Assembly: GCA_016840465.1 (NCBI GenBank)
Contig: JAEOSH010000016.1
Coordinates: 1-32,000, forward strand
Source of the DNA: Candidatus Baldrarchaeum yapensis
Lineage (GTDB): Archaea; Asgardarchaeota; Baldrarchaeia; Baldrarchaeales; Baldrarchaeaceae
Direction: 5' to 3'
DNA length: 32,000 nucleotides
Shown: positions 1 to 6,788 of the stretch, piece by piece
Layout of the letters: every line of letters begins with the position of its first letter
Position numbering within the stretch: the stretch's first letter is position 1
The notes under the pieces: model-generated
Database searches by the model: none
Told to the model about the DNA's origin: nothing
What the model saw: the letters and a program-made list of their open reading frames with translations, nothing else
Translations under genes and position numbers: made by a program

Positions 1-593
1 ATTTTCAGCAATTCTATCAGACCTTCCATTACCCCCTCCCCTTTAATTGCGGACGCCTCAATTATTTTAACACCGTCCAATTTCAGTATTTCGCGAATGC
101 GTTCGGCCTTAAGGGCGTTTTTGAGGTCCTGCTTATTTGCAATTAACACCATAGGTATATTGTCTCCTAAGAAATTCCTTATTTCTTCCAATAGAGCGAA
201 GATATATCCCGCTTGGCCGGGCTTTGTGCTATCTATTACGAAAAGTACGCCGTCGCTACCTTTAGCTATAGCTTCTCTGACGTTCTTGAAATGCAACTGG
301 CCAGGCGCTCCCATGAGAGTTACTTCCCAGATCTCCATGTTTTTGCTCTTCAAATCCTCCCTTCTCAGCTTAGAACTTTCAATTATCTTGTCCTCATCTC
401 CGTGCAGCCATAACACTCTTCCCATGTCGAATCCAACGGTTGTGGAGATGATTGTGGATCCGTGCTTGTATATTCTTTCTATACTTACTGCTTTAGGGTC
501 GAGTGAGTGAACTAGTGTTGTTTTACCTGCTTGGAAGGGACCCACCACGTACACTTTTATTTTTCCCGCCACGTTTGTATGTTGGCCATGCAT
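1..593 (-). CDS. Small GTPase, MglA/CvnD-like (3' end runs off the window; not in the ORF track)
   Basis: Manual translation from ATG at 593 (SD-like GAGGT upstream): MHGQHTNVAGKIKVYVVGPFQAGKTTLV...STTVGFD...LMGAPGQLHF...GVLFVIDS...LIANKQD...EASAIKGEGV. G1, G2, G4 (NKQD) and G5 (SAI) are present; G3 is GAPGQ with no Asp. The frame stays open to position 1. Confidence 0.92.
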   Translation of the reverse strand, partial: MHGQHTNVAGKIKVYVVGPFQAGKTTLVHSLDPKAVSIERIYKHGSTIISTTVGFDMGRVLWLHGDEDKIIESSKLRREDLKSKNMEIWEVTLMGAPGQLHFKNVREAIAKGSDGVLFVIDSTKPGQAGYIFALLEEIRNFLGDNIPMVLIANKQDLKNALKAERIREILKLDGVKIIEASAIKGEGVMEGLIELLK

Positions 594-872
594 TCCACTG
601 ACCTCGCGGTTCTTGAGAACGTGATTCTCGACTTAATGCAAATTTTTCAATTACCGGGTCATCGGGGGCTCTTGATATACTATAATAGTTATGTTACTTA
701 AGTTTTTTACAAAAACTGGCATAGTTCGAGTTTTCTTTTTGGAAGAAACAATAATATTGTGATTTTCTGAATATGCAGGCAGTATATAAGTACGTATTTC
801 TTTTTGGCTAACGTTTCCGTTATTAGGCGGAGGCGCAAGCATAAGTTTAGAGCGTGTACAGAGGTAATTGCT

Positions 873-1289
873 ATGGATGTCAGGTGGGTTCTACGAGATT
901 CTATTCGCATTGCAATGTATTTAAACAGACGCCATGGGGGTGTATATGTATACTTGTGTGATGCAAATAAACTTGTGGGAACAGCTGCCCTTTATCCCCG
1001 TGTTCTTGGCAGGACTCCCTACGTAGAGTTGGCGAATTTCTTTATTATGGAGAATTTTCGAGGAAGGGGTATAGGAAGTGCTGTTGTCGAGGAATTATTG
1101 AAGTTCGTCAAGGATAGGGGGTATAAGGGGCTAATGGGCTATATTCTTTATTCTGATTCTCTCAAAAACATTGTTAGGAGGTTGAAGTTTTATTTTAACC
1201 TTAAAGCCCATATAAAAATAATAATGAGGGAGTATGGCAGGACTTTTAAGGGAACAAAAGTCCCAGTTTTCCGTTTCTTTATATATTAG
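873..1289 (+). CDS. GNAT-family N-acetyltransferase
   Basis: Motif A FFIMENFRGRGIGSAVVEELLKFVKDRG. Start moved from 804 to ATG 873, which has GAGGT 7 nt upstream. Confidence 0.8.
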   Translation: MDVRWVLRDSIRIAMYLNRRHGGVYVYLCDANKLVGTAALYPRVLGRTPYVELANFFIMENFRGRGIGSAVVEELLKFVKDRGYKGLMGYILYSDSLKNIVRRLKFYFNLKAHIKIIMREYGRTFKGTKVPVFRFFIY

Positions 1290-1293
1290 TGGG

Positions 1294-1926
1294 CTATCTA
1301 TCCATCCATTCACTATTTATTGGACACATTCGGCATATCTCTTTGTCTAACATTTCTAATAATATTCGTGATGGAATTACGTCGAAGAACACGGGTTTGA
1401 GAATGTTGGTTGTGGAGAGGGGCAGCACGAGGGATTCCTTCACTCCTGGAAGGTATTGGAATTCGTCAATAACCTTTTGGAGCCTTCTCTCATCACTTTC
1501 AACGATTGTGAGAACGACGTGATACTTTCCGACACTTTTTAATGCCATTAGTACCTTCGGGCAGTGGAGGGCTATATTGAGACACTTGTTTACGTGGGAG
1601 TATTCGTAGAAGGAGAGGCATAGGATTGCAAATTTAAGGTCGAATTTTTTCGCATTAAAGAGAACCCTAAGGGAGATGATTTCGCGCTCAAACAACTTCT
1701 TCAGGCGATTTCTGACGGTGACTCTTGTCACGCCGACGTCTTTGGCTATTTCCTTAAAAGACATTCTGGGGTTTCTTACTAGGTTTTTCAGGATTGCAAG
1801 GTCCGTTTCATCGAATATAGGATCTTTTTCGTGGAATTTTTTAGCCTTTTCAATTACCCTCATCATAAGGACTACCAACTCCTCATTCGTAATGTACATA
1901 ACGAGAATTTTGAAATTTTTACACAT
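1294..1926 (-). CDS. Lrp/AsnC-family transcriptional regulator
   Basis: HTH DETDLAILKNLVRNPRMSFKEIAKDVGVTRVTVRNRLKKL followed by a RAM-like alpha/beta domain and a C-terminal CxxC (CRMC). Start is uncertain (1926, 1899 or 1866). Confidence 0.88.
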   Translation of the reverse strand: MCKNFKILVMYITNEELVVLMMRVIEKAKKFHEKDPIFDETDLAILKNLVRNPRMSFKEIAKDVGVTRVTVRNRLKKLFEREIISLRVLFNAKKFDLKFAILCLSFYEYSHVNKCLNIALHCPKVLMALKSVGKYHVVLTIVESDERRLQKVIDEFQYLPGVKESLVLPLSTTNILKPVFFDVIPSRILLEMLDKEICRMCPINSEWMDR

Positions 1927-2113
1927 GTGGAAGTCCGGGAAGATCGTACGTTAATTACCACCGCGCTCATGCAATTAAGGACTGTTGTAGAAAGTGCTAT
2001 ATCTTATTTGTGTGACATGCGTTGCACATTGTTTTACGCTGTCGAACAAGCGATTTTGGACGTGGAATCAAGAAGTTAATAAGTTAACACAATCGCTAAC
2101 GAGAGAGGATTGT

Positions 2114-2674
2114 ATGCCGAAAGTGCACATAGGGATCCGTATAGACGTCGAAAAGCTAAAGTCCATAGAACAAATGGCGAAGAAAGAAGGAAAGACCATG
2201 AGTGCGTTCATACGTGACATATTAGAGGAGTACATCAGGAGGCGAGAGGACGACTTTTTTGAGACGATTCCGGTGATTGTCGAGGTTTATGATAAAATGC
2301 TCGAGAATTTGCTTAATACCGGTAAACTCCCATTAGACGAGGCACTATCTATGCTATATAACTATTTTGTTTGGAAATACGGCAAAAGCCCCGCGGACAT
2401 GGAATTAGACGAGGTACTATCCGAGTTGAGGCATCTTCTGACCCATTTTTGCAAGTTAGAGCTTTGGAGCATCAAGAAGTACGGGGACCGCATTATGATT
2501 AGGATAAAAACAGTGAGCGTCAGACAGACGATTTGGGCTTTAAAGATAGTAAAGGCATTTGTTGAGCGTTTTTCGAAATATACTGTCAAGGTGGAGGATA
2601 AGAACCGGAGGGATGTCATAATATTTCTGCGGCCACGTAGTTCACGTGGAAGTAAACTTATATATCCAAACTGA
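2114..2674 (+). CDS. Ribbon-helix-helix (CopG-like) protein with a C-terminal domain of unknown function
   Basis: MPKVHIGIRIDVEKLKSIEQMAKKEGKTMSAFIRDILEEYI is a typical RHH. Start set at ATG 2114 behind GAGAGG. Confidence 0.8.
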   Translation: MPKVHIGIRIDVEKLKSIEQMAKKEGKTMSAFIRDILEEYIRRREDDFFETIPVIVEVYDKMLENLLNTGKLPLDEALSMLYNYFVWKYGKSPADMELDEVLSELRHLLTHFCKLELWSIKKYGDRIMIRIKTVSVRQTIWALKIVKAFVERFSKYTVKVEDKNRRDVIIFLRPRSSRGSKLIYPN

Positions 2675-2689
2675 TTGCAAATTTTGTTA

Positions 2690-3781
2690 TTACAGTCTCT
2701 TGGCGGCCGCCCTTATTATGGGGTCCATGAACTCGTACTTCCCGTTCTCGTCCTTAAGTATAGATGCTTTGACCAGGTTCTTCAGCAATGTTGTAACGGT
2801 TGGGCTTGGGAGTTCCCTTCCTTCCGACGCTTCCATTTTTCTCTTTATTTCGCTCCACCTATTAGTTCCCTCTGCTACGGATTTCAGTATTATCACGTAT
2901 CGTCTTCTTCCCGCCTCTCTAAGTTTCAGGAAGTTGTTTATCTCGCTGATGGCTTGGTGCACTGCCATTTCGAATATTTCGTCTACGATCTCCTCTGTCA
3001 CTTTTCCCACGCTTACGGCTTTAGCGCCGAAAAATGTAAGCCATCCTGGAATTCCGTTGAATTTTTCGACTGCGTATTCCAGCACTTTTGTGTTCGGGTG
3101 CATGTTGTACTGTTTAAAGCCCATTTTCAGGAATTCGAGGGAGAGTTCTCTTGAAAAATTCTCAAGACGTACCTCATGAACGTATCTCCCGTAAAGGGGA
3201 GAGTCAGGGTCATCCAATGCAAGTGTTCCATACAGCAGGCCCATTTCTGAGCCCGTCAAAACCGTTGAGATGTTTCTCCGGTAGTCGTATATGTGGGCGA
3301 GCATTATTACTATCTGTCGGGCTCCTCTTATCTGCTGAAATTCATCAAACGCCAAAACGATTCTTGTTCCGTGATCCCTAGCCCACTCATCCATCTCATC
3401 TATTATTGATGAAATGGAGGCTTTCTTCCAAGATATCGAGATGCCGATGCCTAGAACCTCGACTCCCTTAATGTTTTTCATATAATCCTTAATTGTGTCC
3501 CAGATTTTTCTGTGTTTCCTTGCCATTTGGTTGAAAGCTTCCTGAAACGCGAGCATAATGTCTTTCTTTGAAGGATTGATGGGAAGGTTCCTGCAGTCGA
3601 CTATCACGTGCGGATACCCTGCTTCTTTCAGCCCTACTAAGAGCAGGGATGTCTTTCCGGTCCTTCTAAGTCCTAAAATCAGAGATAACGGATATCTAAG
3701 GCCATCTATGAACAGTTTAAGCTCATGTTCCCTGTCAAAGAAGTCCTCCCTGCGCTCCTTAGGACGAGGGTCAAACAACAT
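2690..3781 (-). CDS. Archaeal AAA+ ATPase (ATPase_2-like) with C-terminal winged helix
   Basis: N-terminus MLFDPRPKERREDFFDRE, Walker A GLRRTGKTS, Walker B LAFDEFQ, TGSEMG, GRY, GIPGWL, and a C-terminal wHTH ending YEFMDPI. Confidence 0.92.
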   Translation of the reverse strand: MLFDPRPKERREDFFDREHELKLFIDGLRYPLSLILGLRRTGKTSLLLVGLKEAGYPHVIVDCRNLPINPSKKDIMLAFQEAFNQMARKHRKIWDTIKDYMKNIKGVEVLGIGISISWKKASISSIIDEMDEWARDHGTRIVLAFDEFQQIRGARQIVIMLAHIYDYRRNISTVLTGSEMGLLYGTLALDDPDSPLYGRYVHEVRLENFSRELSLEFLKMGFKQYNMHPNTKVLEYAVEKFNGIPGWLTFFGAKAVSVGKVTEEIVDEIFEMAVHQAISEINNFLKLREAGRRRYVIILKSVAEGTNRWSEIKRKMEASEGRELPSPTVTTLLKNLVKASILKDENGKYEFMDPIIRAAAKRL

Positions 3782-3817
3782 AGGGGTACCCCTACTAAGT
3801 ATCCCTACCCCTACTAA
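3781..3817. promoter_or_regulatory. Palindrome plus direct repeat at the ATPase start (putative operator)
   Basis: Perfect 14-bp palindrome TAGGGGTACCCCTA (3781-3794) and direct repeat TACCCCTACTAA at 3787-3798 and 3806-3817. Confidence 0.55.
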
Positions 3818-3904
3818 TAATGTTTTCCCTTAGAGTCAATTAGCCCGTTTTTGTGGGCGCATAAATTCGTAAAAATATGCAGTAAGTTGCGGAAAATGAT
3901 GTCC

Positions 3905-4081
3905 TCACTTCTTTTCTTCCTTCTTTATTTCCTTTTTCCATTCTTTTATTATGTCCAAATTTTTATCCTCAAAGGAGAGGTTCTTTGCTTCTAGAGGCTT
4001 TCCAAGCCACTTCTTGTAGAAGGTCTTCAGATCCGGAAGGAACTCGAATATTACGGGATATTCGGGCGGCATGTTTGTCAT
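3905..4081 (-). CDS. 58-aa hypothetical protein translationally coupled to the GTPase (not in the ORF track)
   Basis: ATG at 4081 overlaps the GTPase TGA (ATGA) with AGGAG upstream. Translation: MTNMPPEYPVIFEFLPDLKTFYKKWLGKPLEAKNLSFEDKNLDIIKEWKKEIKKEEKK*. Confidence 0.7.
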   Translation of the reverse strand: MTNMPPEYPVIFEFLPDLKTFYKKWLGKPLEAKNLSFEDKNLDIIKEWKKEIKKEEKK

Positions 4082-4608
4082 AGAGTCTCCTTCTTCTTTC
4101 TCGCCAAGAACTCGTTCAGCTTCACATATTCGAATATCATGTCAAAGAGTCTGCCGACATTTTCTTTAAGTAATGCTGATGTTTGGAGGTAGAATTTCAC
4201 GTTTATTTTCTTTTTAAGTTCGTCTATTGCTTTTTCTACAGTTTCGTCATCTATTTTCTTAATATCTCTCTTATTCCCGACAACTATGACAGTCGTGTCC
4301 TTTCCTGCAAACTTAGTTATGTGATCAGCCCATGTGGATAGAAGACTCTCGAGCGTTTCGGGTCTTGACAGATCAAACACTAATACTACGAGGGATGCAC
4401 CTTTAAGTAAGTCTATTATTGCTTTTCTGAACCACTCCTGCCCAGCAAAGTCCCATACTACGATCTTGTAATTATCCTTTGTGAAGGTGTAGAAATCGAC
4501 CCCTCTTGTTGACCTTACCTCCGCAATACTCTCGCCCATGAACGCCTTTATTAAAGATGTCTTCCCGACAGCCGATTCTCCGACAAATGCTACTTTCATG
4601 GGTATCAA
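4078..4608 (-). CDS. Ras-superfamily small GTPase (Rab/Roc-like)
   Basis: G1 GESAVGKT, G2 STRGVDF, G3 WDFAGQE, G4 GNKRD, G5 TSAL. Start is TTG 4608 (TTGA overlap with the upstream stop, GAGGAGG upstream) or ATG 4599. No C-terminal Cys; basic tail RKKK. Confidence 0.95.
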   Translation of the reverse strand: MIPMKVAFVGESAVGKTSLIKAFMGESIAEVRSTRGVDFYTFTKDNYKIVVWDFAGQEWFRKAIIDLLKGASLVVLVFDLSRPETLESLLSTWADHITKFAGKDTTVIVVGNKRDIKKIDDETVEKAIDELKKKINVKFYLQTSALLKENVGRLFDMIFEYVKLNEFLARKKKETL

Positions 4609-4994
4609 GCAAAGACCCTCCTCACGCTTGTCATCAGGTCCATTATTATTTCCCTTGAGGTCTCCATTTCCTCCTTTGGGCATGATGTGACAAATATTAT
4701 CCCGTAATCCTCGTATCCTATGAGTAGGACGTTATCTCCCTTATCAATATGCATTATTACTGATCCTTTGAACTCCTTGACATTCATTAGGTCTCTGAGT
4801 TTGTTAATAGCATTGTGCACCAGCGATATCGCAACATCCTCGTCCACACTGCTTTTAAAGAGTATAAATCCGTCTATTGTGGATATAACGAGGTTTTTGA
4901 GGTTACTGATCTTTTTTGCTTTCTTATCTATCACCTTTTGAAAACTGTCCGGTTTTCTTCTGAAAATTTTGTCCAGTAATTTCTGAGGGTGCAT
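4605..4994 (-). CDS. Divergent roadblock/LC7 (or longin-like) domain protein
   Basis: Helix-LVISTIDGFILFKS-helix-beta strands-C-terminal helix; it parallels IIVRTDGLILAT in the canonical roadblock two genes upstream. Confidence 0.62.
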   Translation of the reverse strand: MHPQKLLDKIFRRKPDSFQKVIDKKAKKISNLKNLVISTIDGFILFKSSVDEDVAISLVHNAINKLRDLMNVKEFKGSVIMHIDKGDNVLLIGYEDYGIIFVTSCPKEEMETSREIIMDLMTSVRRVFA

Positions 4995-5028
4995 GCCACC
5001 ACCGAAAAAAGATGTTGAAGAGGTGGTA

Positions 5029-5511
5029 TTATTGCTTTTTTATGTAAGCTATCTTGAGGATACATTTCTCGTTGTTCAAGTCAGTTTCATGCTCTATGGA
5101 CCCTACAGTAACATTTCCCAACACTGTCTGTACGAACGCCGATGCGAGAGATATCAGGCAAAGAGGGCAGGTTTTTTCTCCCTTTTCTGCGGCGAGCCTT
5201 GCCATTTCGAGAAAATCACATCCCGTGACCTCGCATGTTACCTCGTACGCGTCTCCTGCATCTTCAATCTTGAGGTTAACGTTCTTAACAACACCCATCT
5301 GTTTTGCAAACTTTGCGTAACTCTCGATAAAGTTTGTGATGTTCGAGTAATTAAATCCGTACTCTTGAACTTTTTTCATCAAAAAACCAATGTCCTTGAC
5401 GAGTATATCGGCGACACGTCTGTATATGAGTTTTAATGATATGCCTAAGTTCTCTATCGCTTTGAACAAATAATAAAATATCCATCCACGCGCAAAACGT
5501 TGCTTGCTCAT
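5029..5511 (-). CDS. V4R / HNOX / Bet3-fold protein with conserved cysteines
   Basis: Helical N-half, then beta hairpin YEVTCEVTGCDF, TCPLC and terminal KCILKI, the Cys pattern typical of V4R domains. Strong SD GAGGTGA upstream. Confidence 0.68.
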   Translation of the reverse strand: MSKQRFARGWIFYYLFKAIENLGISLKLIYRRVADILVKDIGFLMKKVQEYGFNYSNITNFIESYAKFAKQMGVVKNVNLKIEDAGDAYEVTCEVTGCDFLEMARLAAEKGEKTCPLCLISLASAFVQTVLGNVTVGSIEHETDLNNEKCILKIAYIKKQ

Positions 5512-5534
5512 ATTCTCACCTCAATTCAAAGTAA

Positions 5535-5942
5535 TTATATTTTTTTCAGAACTTCTCTAATTTTGTCAGCAGCCCTTTTCATTTCAACGAACATGAGACC
5601 CAAGTTTGCATCCTTTTGAGCGATAGCAACAAGAGATACTTCCGGGGTAACGGATACAAGCATTATTATCCTGTTTGACCCGCGAATTATCGCATTTTCT
5701 AGAGTTCCACCACCCAACTCCTCAAGAACTCGCGCCCCCACTCCGAAGACGGATGCGCTCATCGCGGCTACGATGTCCCCATCTATATCCTCGGGCAATG
5801 CGGTAGCGAGAATGAGACCATCGGTCCTGACAATAATTGATCCTTCTATTTCGGCGTCCTTTCTTTCCATCTCCTTCAAAATGGATGTTAGAGTTTCTCT
5901 GTATGAAACGATACTTTTCTTTCCTGATTTAAAAATTAGCAT
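5535..5942 (-). CDS. Roadblock/LC7 (MglB-like) domain protein
   Basis: EIEGSIIVRTDGLILATALP..DIVAAMSASVFGVGARVLEELGGGTLENAIIRG...NLGLMFVEMKRAADKI. Start moved from 6035 to ATG 5942, which has GGAGGT 6 nt upstream. Confidence 0.95.
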   Translation of the reverse strand: MLIFKSGKKSIVSYRETLTSILKEMERKDAEIEGSIIVRTDGLILATALPEDIDGDIVAAMSASVFGVGARVLEELGGGTLENAIIRGSNRIIMLVSVTPEVSLVAIAQKDANLGLMFVEMKRAADKIREVLKKI

Positions 5943-6144
5943 ATGCGGACCTCCATCAACTAATAAATATTCTCGATATTTTTCGATCTGAATATTGCCG
6001 TGTCCCTTCTGCAAGAAATACTGGTTACCTTTCATTTTTATATTTCGTTTTTCTTGCGATAAGGCATGTAACTTGTTTTAAGTTGGCAATTCCAAGTGAC
6101 GAGAATCTCTGTAACCCCCGAGCACATCGGAGAACGCTGAATAA

Positions 6145-6177
6145 CATGCATTAAAATTCATGCATTAAAATTAATGC
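6145..6177. repeat. 14-bp tandem duplication containing an inverted repeat (putative double operator)
   Basis: CATGCATTAAAATT occurs twice (6145-6158, 6159-6172). GCATTAA-AA-TTAATGC (6162-6177) is a perfect 7-2-7 palindrome, with a one-mismatch copy at 6148-6163. Confidence 0.75.
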
Positions 6178-6188
6178 TATTATTTTCG

Positions 6189-6640
6189 TTAGAGTCTGTA
6201 CTTTATGTGTATTTTCTCCTTACGCCCGGGGCACTCGGGGTTGGGGGCATCTCACTTCATATTCCATGCTCTTCTCGAAAAACTTATACTTTGGCTTCCC
6301 ATCCGCCTTACGTAGTCGAGAACAATCCATGAGGATCGCACGTGAAAGCCTTCTACTGGTTGCTGTATTCTAAGTTCCTTCTTAGACTTTTTGTACAATT
6401 TCCCTTTCTAGCAACACTTCCCAGTGAACCTTGGAGTATTTGAGGGACTCTCGCTCAACTCTGAGCGTACGGTCTCCATTCTTCAATTCGAGTGAGATTC
6501 TTCTTCCATCAACCTGCTCACGGTGGTATCTTATGAGTGCCCTCTCTTTCTTTCTGCCTTCACCAGCAATAAAAAGAAATGCCAGAAGGTGATATAGAGA
6601 TGCTATATTTCTGTGTCGTGCCTCTATCTGTTCCTGACAT
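6189..6640 (-). pseudogene. Frameshifted hypothetical gene (about 149 aa if restored)
   Basis: Four single-base indels in short runs (about 6633, 6406, 6306, 6245) join protein-like segments into MSEQIEARH...VHWEVLLEGKLYKKSKKELRIQQ...YEVRCPNPECPGRKEKIHIKYRL*. The reconstruction is manual. Confidence 0.5.
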
Positions 6641-6788
6641 AAAAGTGTGTGTTATGACTCCGTTGTAGTGTGATTCCTCTCACCCTCCCCGTAAATATAC
6701 GAAATCTCTTAAGATTTAATAAATTACCAAGAGTTAGGATTTAAAGGCAAGAACGGAATAAAGTATTGTTCCAAAGGTTGCGTGGGAG

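Noticed and set aside
97-510. + strand ORFs 97..510 and 213..413
   Set aside because: Antisense shadows of the minus-strand GTPase, which carries all the G motifs.
4609-4683. N-terminal extension of the Rab-like GTPase ORF
   Set aside because: It overlaps the upstream gene in another frame; the TTGA-coupled start at 4608 has a good SD.
5943-6035. N-terminal extension of the roadblock ORF
   Set aside because: A strong GGAGGT SD precedes ATG 5942, and the extension has no domain character.
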